A stretch of DNA of 64,000 bases from Pseudomonadota bacterium (GTDB lineage Bacteria > Bdellovibrionota_B > Oligoflexia > Oligoflexales > CAIYRB01): contig JANOTL010000065.1 of assembly GCA_031416315.1 (NCBI GenBank), positions 24,157-88,156 on the forward strand. Reading direction: 5' to 3'. How positions within the stretch are numbered: the first letter of the stretch is position 1; each line of letters opens with the position of its first letter. Shown piece after piece: positions 39,017 to 47,682 of the stretch. Made by a program: the position numbers and the translations under genes. The notes beneath the pieces are model-generated. The model was not told the DNA's origin. It did not search any database and worked only from the letters and a program-made list of their open reading frames with translations.

Positions 39017-40080
39017 CCGAAGCGGTCCGAGGCCGCGTCGACGATTTCTTTCAGAATCGCGCGCTGATCGTACTGGTACTTCCACTTCGGGAAGTCACCC
39101 TCGAAAGCGCGGACGTCGCTGATCCACCAAATGTGGTCGCCGATGCGGGCCTGGTCGGAGAGCGTGAAGTTGACCCGCTTGCCCGAGAGCTCCTCGATCG
39201 TGTCGATCGCCTCGAGGATCGAGCAGTTCGAGTGGCGCGAACCGCCCATGTTGTAGACCGCGCCCGGCTTCGGCGCCTCGTGGAAGGCCCAGAAAGCGCT
39301 GACGAGGTCGTTCGAATGGATGTTGTCTCGGACCTGCTTCCCCTTGTAGCCGAAGATCGTGTACTGCTTGCCCGTGATCGCGCACTTGACCAGGTACGCG
39401 AGGAAGCCGTGCAGCTCGGCGCCGGAGTGCGAGGGGCCGGTGAGGCAGCCGCCGCGGAAGGTCCCGGTCTTCATGCCGAAATAGCGGCCGTATTCTTGCG
39501 TCATCACGTCGGCGGCGACCTTCGAGGCCCCGAAGAGCGAGTGCTTGCAGCGGTCGATCGACATGGTCTCGTCGATGCCGTGCTTGGCCCAGGGATGGCT
39601 TTTGTCCAGCTCCCAGCGTTTCTCGTTTTCCACCAAGGGCAGGAAGTTCGGCGAGTCGCCGTACACCTTGTTGGTCGACGTGAAGATGAAGGTCGCGTCC
39701 GGCGTGAACTGGCGCGTCGCCTCCAGCAAGACGAGGGTGCCGTTGGCGTTGACGGTGAAGTCGGTGAACGGCTCTTTCGCGGCCCAGTCGTGCGAGGGCT
39801 GCGCCGCATTGTGGACCACCATCGTCACGTCTTTCGCGTACTTCTTGAAGACCGCGAAGATGTCTTCTTGGTTGCGGATGTCGAGCGCGAGGTGAGTGAA
39901 GCGGCTGCCCAACTTCGTTTGCAGCTCTTTGGTGTTCCACTCGACGGAGCCGTCGGCGCCGAAGAAGTAGCTGCGCATGCCGTTGTCGATGCCGACGACG
40001 TCGAGGCCCTTGCCGTGAAGGAATTTGACCGTCTCGCTGCCGATGAGGCCCGAGGAGCCGGTGACGATGGCGACGCTCAT
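39013..40080 (-). CDS. NAD-dependent epimerase/dehydratase (CDP-paratose 2-epimerase-like)
   Basis: [41 protein letters not shown]. Confidence 0.88.
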   Translation of the reverse strand: MSVAIVTGSSGLIGSETVKFLHGKGLDVVGIDNGMRSYFFGADGSVEWNTKELQTKLGSRFTHLALDIRNQEDIFAVFKKYAKDVTMVVHNAAQPSHDWAAKEPFTDFTVNANGTLVLLEATRQFTPDATFIFTSTNKVYGDSPNFLPLVENEKRWELDKSHPWAKHGIDETMSIDRCKHSLFGASKVAADVMTQEYGRYFGMKTGTFRGGCLTGPSHSGAELHGFLAYLVKCAITGKQYTIFGYKGKQVRDNIHSNDLVSAFWAFHEAPKPGAVYNMGGSRHSNCSILEAIDTIEELSGKRVNFTLSDQARIGDHIWWISDVRAFEGDFPKWKYQYDQRAILKEIVDAASDRFG

Positions 40081-40090
40081 GGTGGCTTCC

Positions 40091-41167
40091 TTATCCGAAT
40101 ATGGGACGGACGAGCGCTTCGTTACCTTTGATCCAAGCATGGATCTCGCGCACGATCGTGGCGACGTCCTTCTCCGGCTTGAAGCCGAGGCTCGTCTCCA
40201 CCCGCTGGTTGTCGCTGATATAAAGGGGAATGTCGACGGCGGCGGTCGCCGGGTCCGAGGCCACGGGGACCTCGCGCCCGACCACCTCGCGGCAGAGCGT
40301 CGTCAGCTCCGCCAAAGACGTCGAGACGGCGCGGCCGCCGCCGACGTTGAAGACCTGGCCGGAGACCTTGTCCATCGCGCCGATCTGCTGGGCGACGAGG
40401 CGCGACAGGTCGTCCGGATGCAGGAGGTCGCGCACTTGCTTGCCCTGGCCGCCGAAGCCCATGTACTTGAGCGGCTTGCCGAAGTAATGGTTGGCGACCC
40501 ACATGGTGAAGACGCCCTGATCCACCTTGCCGAATTGGCCCGGGCCGGCGATGACGCCGCAGCGGTTGACCACTGCCTTGATCTTCTTACCGTCGACGTA
40601 CTCTTGGATGAAGAGCTCGGAAGCGAGCTTCGTCGCGCCGTAGATCGAGCGCGGGAGGTGCGACGGGAAGCCCTCGGCGATCCCCCGCTCGGAGAGGCCT
40701 GGAACGTGCAGCGCGGCGAGCTTCGTTCCATCGATTTCGAAGCGGGTGGCCGTCTCGCGCAGCGGGATCTCTCGCATCGGCGCGATCGAGTAGATGCGTG
40801 AGGTCGACAGAAACACGACGCTGCCGACGCGCTGGCGCGCGAGCTCGAGGCAGTTCAATGTGCCGACCAAGTTGGTGTCCAGGACGTAGGCCGGCGAGCC
40901 GGTCGTGCCGGCGTGCACGGACGGCTCCGCGGAGGCCTCGATCATGACGTCGAAGTTGCCGGGCAGGTCTAAGAGGTCGTCCTTCACCCGGATGTCGCCG
41001 TGCACGAAGGTGATGCCGTCCTTCGCGTGCTGCGCGACATTGATCTCCGAGCCGCGGCGGCGGAGGTTGTCGAACGCGACGATCTCCGCCTGCGGATGGG
41101 CCTTCCGCAAGCTGCGAGCGATGCAGGAGCCGACGAAGCCGGCGCCGCCAGTGATCAGAAAGCGCAT
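40091..41167 (-). CDS. NAD-dependent epimerase/dehydratase (CDP-paratose 2-epimerase-like)
   Basis: [32 protein letters not shown]. Confidence 0.88.
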   Translation of the reverse strand: MRFLITGGAGFVGSCIARSLRKAHPQAEIVAFDNLRRRGSEINVAQHAKDGITFVHGDIRVKDDLLDLPGNFDVMIEASAEPSVHAGTTGSPAYVLDTNLVGTLNCLELARQRVGSVVFLSTSRIYSIAPMREIPLRETATRFEIDGTKLAALHVPGLSERGIAEGFPSHLPRSIYGATKLASELFIQEYVDGKKIKAVVNRCGVIAGPGQFGKVDQGVFTMWVANHYFGKPLKYMGFGGQGKQVRDLLHPDDLSRLVAQQIGAMDKVSGQVFNVGGGRAVSTSLAELTTLCREVVGREVPVASDPATAAVDIPLYISDNQRVETSLGFKPEKDVATIVREIHAWIKGNEALVRPIFG

Positions 41168-41174
41168 GCGGGAC

Positions 41175-41846
41175 TCACTTCTTCGCGAGCATCAAGAACT
41201 GCCGGCCGAAGAGCGGCCAGACGAACGGCATGTTCAGATAGAGATCCGTCAACCAAGCCGCCTTGGGGAAGCGACTTCTGAAGGAGTAGGGGAGGAAACG
41301 CGGAATCGACCGCGAGATCGTGAAGCCGGCGGCGTAGAGCAGCTCGGCGACCGAAACCTCGGTCAGGATCAGGCGATGGTCCGCGCAGTCGAAGTATTCC
41401 TTCGCGCAATACTTGAAGTTGGGCCCCATGACCGCGATGGTGCCGCCCGGACGCATCGCGGCGTGCAGCTTCTTGAAGAGGCCGAAGATCTGCTCGGGCG
41501 AGTGCAGATGCTCCAGGAAGTTCGACATGAAGGCGCCGTCGAAGTGCCCGGCGGGCAGCTCGACGTCGAAGATGTTGCCGTGCACGAACTTGATTTGCGC
41601 GGCGGCGAGCGCCTGCGCGTCCGGTCGCATCAGGTCGACGCCCCACTTCTCGGCGGAGGGCACGAACTTCAGGAACTCCAGGCTGCCCGCGGCGGGGTCG
41701 ATGATCGACTTCGGGGCGCCCATCGCGCCGTGGATCCAACGCGCGATCCGCCGCCAGACGAGGTCCTTCTCGCTCTGATCGACGCCCTGGAAGCGAAAGC
41801 TGTAGATGCGCTCGTAGTCGATCGCGGGCGTCGCGCTGCTCGTCAC
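41175..41846 (-). CDS. Class I SAM-dependent methyltransferase
   Basis: IDPAAGSLEF motif I, FMSNFLEHL, MRPGG, GPNFKY...DH. Confidence 0.85.
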   Translation of the reverse strand: MTSSATPAIDYERIYSFRFQGVDQSEKDLVWRRIARWIHGAMGAPKSIIDPAAGSLEFLKFVPSAEKWGVDLMRPDAQALAAAQIKFVHGNIFDVELPAGHFDGAFMSNFLEHLHSPEQIFGLFKKLHAAMRPGGTIAVMGPNFKYCAKEYFDCADHRLILTEVSVAELLYAAGFTISRSIPRFLPYSFRSRFPKAAWLTDLYLNMPFVWPLFGRQFLMLAKK

Positions 41847-41906
41847 GTTTCCACTCCTGTTTGAAGTGGGAAATGTACGGGGCGATGCCGACGCTGTCTA
41901 GCGACC

Positions 41907-42305
41907 TCAGCCGGCGCGGCGCTTCTTCTTGACGCGCGTCGAGGCCGCCTGGCGCTTCGATTTCTTCTTAACTTTCGAGGACTTGCTCGAGAGTTTCGCC
42001 TTGCGTCCCGCCTTTCGGGCGACCGACTTTTTCACCTTGGCCGCGCGACGCGGCGCCTCCACTTCCGCCGCGTCGGTCGAAACCGCCGCTTTCGACGGTT
42101 TGACGCCGGCGTGCGGGCGCCTCACGACTTGGGGACGGGCCGCGTCCGGCTCGACCGGCGCGGTGCCCGGCAGGACGATGGAATCGGGGCCGCCGCCGAG
42201 CGCCGAGCCCGGAGGCACGCGGTCCAAGATGTCGCCCTCGGCGATCGCGGGGGTCGCGAGGAGCAGCCCGAGGATGAAACCAGCCCGTTGCATGATGTGG
42301 CGCAT
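41907..42305 (-). CDS. Small secreted protein with Lys/Arg-rich tail
   Basis: GGAG SD; signal peptide ending AIA; highly basic C-terminus. Confidence 0.6.
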   Translation of the reverse strand: MRHIMQRAGFILGLLLATPAIAEGDILDRVPPGSALGGGPDSIVLPGTAPVEPDAARPQVVRRPHAGVKPSKAAVSTDAAEVEAPRRAAKVKKSVARKAGRKAKLSSKSSKVKKKSKRQAASTRVKKKRRAG

Positions 42306-42382
42306 GCGGTCTCCCTTTAGCTCGTCGAAGCTTCGAGTTTAACCGACCTGCGCCAAAGCGGCGAGCCCCCTGCTCGGGGTTC

Positions 42383-43732
42383 CTAAGGGCGGACCACTGC
42401 TCTCACGAACTGCCGCGTGTGCGCGCCGACGAGCCGCAGGGTGGCCGCCGTCGCCTCCGCCATGGCGTGATCCGCGGCCGGGGGACCCTCCGCGATCACC
42501 TTCGCGATCGAGACGGCGCGCTCGGTCTCGCCGAAAATGTAGTCGGGGTCCTCCACGATCCGCGCCGGCAGGTAGCGTAGGAGGATCTCGTCGATCCGGG
42601 TGGCAGCCTCGTACGAGCGCTTCGTGATCTCCTCGCGTTCGTAGCCCGCCTTCCAGCCCGGCAGGCTCGCGTCGACCCGCGTATCGCGCAAGGCGCTGAC
42701 CGCCCAGTCGTTGCGAGCTTCGGCCTCCGGCTTTTCCAGCAACGGCGCTAGGTGGGTATAGACGTAGTTTTCCAAAGCCAGGTGCCGGTTGTTGACGATC
42801 TGGATGGCCTCCGCCTTCGCCTTCGGCCGGCCGATGAGGTCGAGCACGCTCACCCAGAGCAACGCGAGGGTGCTGCGCCCTGGAAAGACGGCCGCATGAT
42901 AGGGCTGCGCCAAATCCTGAGCGTAATGCAGGCCCCAGCCCGCGAATCGGAAGCCCCAGTAAGGATGCCCCGACTTGAGCGCGAAGCGGGCGAGCGCGAG
43001 ACATTGCGCGAGCCGCAGCTCGCTGAACGTGCGCTGGAGAAAAGGCGCCGCCTTCATGAGGATATGGCGCTCGTGGTGAAAACCCATGTGAAAGGGGGCG
43101 GCAGAGGAGAACTCGTAAGCCGGATTGCCGAAGGGCTGCGTGCCGAAGCCGTAGGTCTTGCCGTGCTCCGTGCCGTTGTCGGTGAAGAGGCCGAGGTCTT
43201 GGCCGAAGTCCGGCTCGTCGCTCGCCGAAGCCAGGACCAGCTCCGTCTGCACCGACTCCCCGGGCGTAAGGGCAAGAAACTGCGGGCGCGCGATGACGGT
43301 CGAATGCGGGATCAGGCTGACGGCGTCGAGGAGCAAGGCGGCTCGCGCCCCTGATTGCGCTCCCGGCTTCTCCAACGACTGGATCGCCAAGGCCAGCTTC
43401 GCCCCAGGATGAAGCCGCAGCGCCCGCAGGAAGGTCTCCCGCCGCGACGCGGCATCCGGCGCCTTCGCATCGAGCTTCAACGCCTTTGGCCGCTCCGGAA
43501 TGTAGTGCGCCGTGACCCGCAGCTCCTCCTCGACGATCTCGAGCTCTTTCGCGAGCCCCTCGGGATCGACGGCGAGAAACGCGTCCAATGCCTCCACGCG
43601 CACCGTCGCCGGCAAAGTCCCGGCCGGCAGCGCGGCGAACGCCTCCATGGTGAGGAGTCCGTGATTCGCCCACGCGCCGGCCGGCGTGGCGCTCGCGAAG
43701 ATTCCGAGCACCGATAACGCTAGTCGCAGCAT
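42383..43732 (-). CDS. Secreted Zn-dependent phospholipase C/S1-P1 nuclease-fold protein
   Basis: Mature N-terminus WANH, EPD, HMGFHHE, GWGLHYAQDLAQPYH, HLALE. Confidence 0.8.
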   Translation of the reverse strand: MLRLALSVLGIFASATPAGAWANHGLLTMEAFAALPAGTLPATVRVEALDAFLAVDPEGLAKELEIVEEELRVTAHYIPERPKALKLDAKAPDAASRRETFLRALRLHPGAKLALAIQSLEKPGAQSGARAALLLDAVSLIPHSTVIARPQFLALTPGESVQTELVLASASDEPDFGQDLGLFTDNGTEHGKTYGFGTQPFGNPAYEFSSAAPFHMGFHHERHILMKAAPFLQRTFSELRLAQCLALARFALKSGHPYWGFRFAGWGLHYAQDLAQPYHAAVFPGRSTLALLWVSVLDLIGRPKAKAEAIQIVNNRHLALENYVYTHLAPLLEKPEAEARNDWAVSALRDTRVDASLPGWKAGYEREEITKRSYEAATRIDEILLRYLPARIVEDPDYIFGETERAVSIAKVIAEGPPAADHAMAEATAATLRLVGAHTRQFVRAVVRP

Positions 43733-43935
43733 GAAAGCCTTTACGGGGATGCGGTCACGGTGCCCGCCGGTCCGCCCGTTTGATCGATGAGTCCAATGAC
43801 GTGTATCGCGCCCTTCGCCTGGGAAAAGGCGAAGTCACACAGTCCGAGGACCCGAATGTAGGTCGGCGAGCCGGCTTCCGTGAAGTCGAAAACGAGGGCC
43901 GTCGTCTTATCCGGCAGGGCGGTGCGGGTCCTCCT

Positions 43936-44841
43936 TCATCGGCACTCCGTATAGAGCTCCTCGTCGAGCTCGCGCTTCGCGGCCTCCAGCGCCAGAGCCA
44001 TCCGGCGCGCCTCGCCTATGTGTTCTGCCTCGACCGTCGTGCCGATGGCCAGCGACATGTGTTTTCCGACCGCGGCGTGCTGGTGCGCGCCGTTGATCTT
44101 CGCGTGCGTCGCCACGCCGCGCGCCGCCGCCGGAAACGGCCCGCGCGCGAGACGCTCGGCGAAGAGGCAACGATGCTCGCTCGAGGGTTGCCCTTCGAAG
44201 CCGGCGATCAAGCACGCGAGCGCGAGGGGATTCGTGCGCGCGGACGCCGCGAGCAGCTGCGTCAGTCGTCGCGCCGCCGGCAATAGCCGCAAGGTCCGCG
44301 GCGCGTCGACGCCGAGCGCCGCGAGACTCTGCGCCATCAGCGCGTCGTGCCCCGCCTCGTCCGCGAGATAGGCGCGCAGCAGCGGCGCGAGCTGCGGGAA
44401 ACGGCGCACGGCGGGGAAGATCGCCGGCGGCGCCGCGACGGTGACGTGCCAAGATTGCCGGAGAGCCAAGGCCGCGACGCGCGCGAAAGCCGTCGCGGAC
44501 TCCGCCTCGGCTCGGTCCAGGAGCCTCGCCAGAGACCGCTCCGGGTCGGCCGCGCGCGCGAGCCGCGCTTGCTCCAGGAGCGCCTCGCGACGGATCTCGG
44601 TGAACGCGGTCAAAGGATCGTGCGCCTCGCGCGGCAGCGCGAAGCCGAGATCGTAGTCGAAGAGCTGCGCGAGCATGAGCTCCGGCCGCCGTGCGAGCTC
44701 CGCGCTCGCCTCGATCTCGAGCTCTACCCACGGTGTCGTCAGCCGCCACTCGCCGACCGCCGCCGCCGGCTCGATCACGAGCTCGGGATAAGGGGCGAAG
44801 CGGGTCGGCTCGAAGTCCGTCGGACGTTCAGATCTCGACAT
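43936..44841 (-). CDS. Heme-oxygenase-like diiron (HDO) fold protein
   Basis: All-helical; candidate metal ligands DEAGHD, FEG, HAKINGAHQH. Confidence 0.6.
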   Translation of the reverse strand: MSRSERPTDFEPTRFAPYPELVIEPAAAVGEWRLTTPWVELEIEASAELARRPELMLAQLFDYDLGFALPREAHDPLTAFTEIRREALLEQARLARAADPERSLARLLDRAEAESATAFARVAALALRQSWHVTVAAPPAIFPAVRRFPQLAPLLRAYLADEAGHDALMAQSLAALGVDAPRTLRLLPAARRLTQLLAASARTNPLALACLIAGFEGQPSSEHRCLFAERLARGPFPAAARGVATHAKINGAHQHAAVGKHMSLAIGTTVEAEHIGEARRMALALEAAKRELDEELYTECR

Positions 44842-45433
44842 GGTCGTGCATCTGGAACTCGCATGATTCGGCGGCGAGGATCGCGGCGACCCGTTTCACG
44901 CGGACGAAGCCGATCGGGCAGCCGCCGTCGGCCTTGGTCGCGCAACGCCCTTCGGTGCCTTCGCCCGTGCTCGGATCGGGCGCGCAGACGTGCGGCCCCG
45001 TGGCGGCGTCGAGTGCTGCGATCATGCCGCCCGCGGCGTCCACGGTGGTGACGGCGCAGGCGCGCACGGACTCGAAGCGCGTCGTGCCCCGGAGCGCCGC
45101 CAATCTCGGGTCATGCTCGACCTTGGCGGCGAGCGCCACGATCTCTTCGGCCGGCATCTCGAGCCGTTTGTAAGCGCGCGCATTGCGAATGTAAGCGAAG
45201 AGCTCGCACAGCGTGTGAATCGCCTGCCGCTCGCGGCCGATTTCCGTTTGCATCGTCGCCAGCGCGTAGCGCGCCGGCAGGAGGCCCTCGTCGAGCGCCA
45301 TGGCGCGCTCGTTGGCGGCGATCGCCTCCGCGGTCTTCCCCGCCTTGGCGAGCGCGGCGCCGTCGGCAAGCTCTCTTTGCGCCTCGACCTGGGCCGAGAG
45401 CAAGACCGCCGCGAGCGCTACGCTCCACGTCAT
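44828..45433 (-). CDS. Secreted TPR protein with Cys-rich C-terminus
   Basis: Signal peptide; TPR GAALAKAGKTAEAIAANERAMALD...ARYALA; DPRLAALR cap; five C-terminal Cys. Confidence 0.7.
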   Translation of the reverse strand: MTWSVALAAVLLSAQVEAQRELADGAALAKAGKTAEAIAANERAMALDEGLLPARYALATMQTEIGRERQAIHTLCELFAYIRNARAYKRLEMPAEEIVALAAKVEHDPRLAALRGTTRFESVRACAVTTVDAAGGMIAALDAATGPHVCAPDPSTGEGTEGRCATKADGGCPIGFVRVKRVAAILAAESCEFQMHDHVEI

Positions 45434-45434
45434 C

Positions 45435-46589
45435 TCAGAGCGCTCCGGGGGTCAAGCGGCCGTCTTGGAGGTCGTAGGCGACGACGATGACCTGATTCGG
45501 GTCGCCGCTCGCCTCGGCCTTCACGACGTAGTCGCCGAGCTTCTTTTTCGCCTCGTCTTTGGTCTCGTTGCCGTGCGGCTTCAGCGTCGTCGTCAGATCG
45601 AGCATCACCTTCGCCAGCGGCTGCCCGTTCAGGACGTCGATCATGAGGTTCGCGTCGTGCTCGGCGAAAAAGCCGAAGTTCGAGTAGTTGCGATGCGAAA
45701 GGAGGATCGGGTGGCTCGTCTCCGGCGCGCCCTGGTCCAGGAGGCCTTCCATCAACTTCTGCTCGATCCGCTCGGCGTGGCAGGCGTTCATGTAGATGAT
45801 GGACTGTTTGGCGCGGGAGCCGTTGGCGCGGCGCAGCTCCTGCATCTTCTTCACCAGCTTCAGCGTCGTGGCGCCGACCTCGGCGGGCTCGCCTATGCTG
45901 CGCGGCATCTCGGACTCGCTGACCCAGATGTGGCCGTTGTAGCTGACCAGGTCGTCCTCGACGAGCGCGCGTGCCAGCTCGTTGCAGAAGGCGGCCGGCA
46001 TCGCGTAGCCGCGTCCGTCGAAGTTGCTGCCTTCGCCTTCCGCGCAGGCGTCGTTCTCCTGGCTCACGCCGCCGCGCTGGTCGGCCGAAGGGCCGGAGTC
46101 GAAGGCCGCGGCGAGCGAGGTGCCGAGCACGATGCGCAGCTTGACGTCGGCCGTCGCCGGCACGCCCTCGGGCCGGCCGGGAAAGTCGAGCGGCACCGCC
46201 TTCATCTTGGCGACGAAGCGGTAGGTCGCGCCGATGCGGACCTCGTTCTGGTTCTCGGGGAACTCGTCCGATTCGACCTCGGGCGGCGCGCGGAAGAGCT
46301 GGGCCACGCCCTCGTTCTTCACCCACTTGATGAGCTTATAGGCGGCTTCCGTGCCTTGGTCGTTGCCGGCCGGCGTGCCGCGGCCCGTCTTGTGGGAGCT
46401 TTCGAACGCGATCACGTGCGTGATCGCCAGCTCCTTCGTCTTCGTGTCGTAAAAGGACTTGTAGTCGATTTCCTTCGACGTCTTTTCGGCCGTAAGGCCT
46501 TTGATCTGGAAGGCGTCGCCCTGGGTCGTCTGCTTGCAGGCGAAGAGCGCGGGAAAGGCCACGAGCGCGGCGGCGAGTCGCTTATTCAT
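45435..46589 (-). CDS. Lipoprotein with possible caspase/CHAT-like His-Cys dyad
   Basis: ALFA-C lipobox; LVSYNGH and IIYMNAC motifs. Confidence 0.6.
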   Translation of the reverse strand: MNKRLAAALVAFPALFACKQTTQGDAFQIKGLTAEKTSKEIDYKSFYDTKTKELAITHVIAFESSHKTGRGTPAGNDQGTEAAYKLIKWVKNEGVAQLFRAPPEVESDEFPENQNEVRIGATYRFVAKMKAVPLDFPGRPEGVPATADVKLRIVLGTSLAAAFDSGPSADQRGGVSQENDACAEGEGSNFDGRGYAMPAAFCNELARALVEDDLVSYNGHIWVSESEMPRSIGEPAEVGATTLKLVKKMQELRRANGSRAKQSIIYMNACHAERIEQKLMEGLLDQGAPETSHPILLSHRNYSNFGFFAEHDANLMIDVLNGQPLAKVMLDLTTTLKPHGNETKDEAKKKLGDYVVKAEASGDPNQVIVVAYDLQDGRLTPGAL

Positions 46590-47590
46590 CAGTAGAGCTC
46601 CAGGTAGACGTCGGCGAGAATGCGCACTTCGCCGGCCGGATTTTCCCAAGTGCCGAGGAGGAGCGCCGGACGATCGGTCTCCTCGGGGGCGCCGCCCATG
46701 CCGGCGATGCGCTCGAACTGCGTGTTCAGCGTGACGACGCCGTGCGCGGCCAAGCTCGTCATCTCTCCTGGCTCGCAGTCGCCGTCGACGTCGTGGTCGA
46801 TCCAGAGGCCGAGCGCGGCGAACGCGGGATCCTGCGCGTCGACCTTGCCGTCGCCATTCGCGTCGAGCGCCGCCAACGCGGCGAAGCCGTCCGCGGCTTT
46901 CGCGCCGTTCGCGAGCCGGGTCGAGTCGCCGAACAGCTCACGGCCGTCGTCGATCCGGCCATTGCCGTTCAGATCCCGCACCAGGAAGGCGAGCCCCTTG
47001 CCCGGCCAACGCAGGCGCGCGGGCTTGCCGTTCGCCCAGATGTCGAAGACCGCGGCGCTCGCGCTGAAGCGGAAGTCGCCGTTCCCCACGAGGTCCAGGA
47101 CGAGCGGCGTCGGATCACCGGGCTTCGAGTCGGGCGGCCGCGGCGTGGGCGGACGGCCGCCGCCGCCGTTGTTGCTCGGCGGTCCGCTCGGTCCGGTCTT
47201 GCCGGTGACGCCCGTCGGCCCGCTCGGCCCTCCAGGCCCGCTCGGTCCCGTGTTCCCAGTCGGTCCTGTCGCCGCGGCGCGCTTCTCAGGAAGTCCGGCC
47301 GCCTGCCAGTCCGTGAAGAGCCTGATCGTCGCGTCATCGAGCTTCGCCCCGCCCTTCGGCATCGGGTTCGCCGAGCGGCTGATGGAGGAGGCGATGGACG
47401 CAGCCGCGCTCTTCGCCTCGGAGTACGTCCCCATGCTCGGAGCCTGGCTGCCGTGGCAGCTCATGCATTTGCCCGAGAGGACCGACTTGATGTCTTCGTC
47501 GTAGCCGACCTTGCTCTGTGCCGCGGCCCCTTCGGACCAAGTGGCGACAAAGGCAAAGAGGCCCCATGCGATACGGACGCAGGACGACAT
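46589..47590 (-). CDS. Secreted monoheme cytochrome c + collagen-like linker + Ca-binding (DxNGDG) domain fusion
   Basis: Signal peptide; CMSCH and distal MP; ten Gly-X-Y triplets; PLVLDL, DLNGNGRIDDGRELFG, LDANGDGKVDAQD. Confidence 0.8.
   Translation of the reverse strand: MSSCVRIAWGLFAFVATWSEGAAAQSKVGYDEDIKSVLSGKCMSCHGSQAPSMGTYSEAKSAAASIASSISRSANPMPKGGAKLDDATIRLFTDWQAAGLPEKRAAATGPTGNTGPSGPGGPSGPTGVTGKTGPSGPPSNNGGGGRPPTPRPPDSKPGDPTPLVLDLVGNGDFRFSASAAVFDIWANGKPARLRWPGKGLAFLVRDLNGNGRIDDGRELFGDSTRLANGAKAADGFAALAALDANGDGKVDAQDPAFAALGLWIDHDVDGDCEPGEMTSLAAHGVVTLNTQFERIAGMGGAPEETDRPALLLGTWENPAGEVRILADVYLELY
47177..47266 (-). repeat. Collagen-like (Gly-X-Y)10 coding repeat
   Basis: GPT GNT GPS GPG GPS GPT GVT GKT GPS GPP. 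Confidence 0.85.
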
Positions 47591-47596
47591 GCAGCG

Positions 47597-47646
47597 CTCC
47601 CGAAAGATAAGACTGAGAAAGTTTGCGAGTCTTTCGGGAGATTATA
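47597..47646 (-). promoter_or_regulatory. TATAAT -10 box plus 11-bp inverted repeat covering the SD
   Basis: CTCCCGAAAGA (47597-47607) and TCTTTCGGGAG (47630-47640); minus-strand TATAAT at 47646-47641. Confidence 0.55.
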
Positions 47647-47682
47647 GCCGCAAAATCGTGCGCGAATGAATATCCTATAAAT

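Noticed and set aside
43936..43938. Selenocysteine readthrough of the HDO gene TGA
   Set aside because: No convincing SECIS hairpin follows and there is no redox-motif context.
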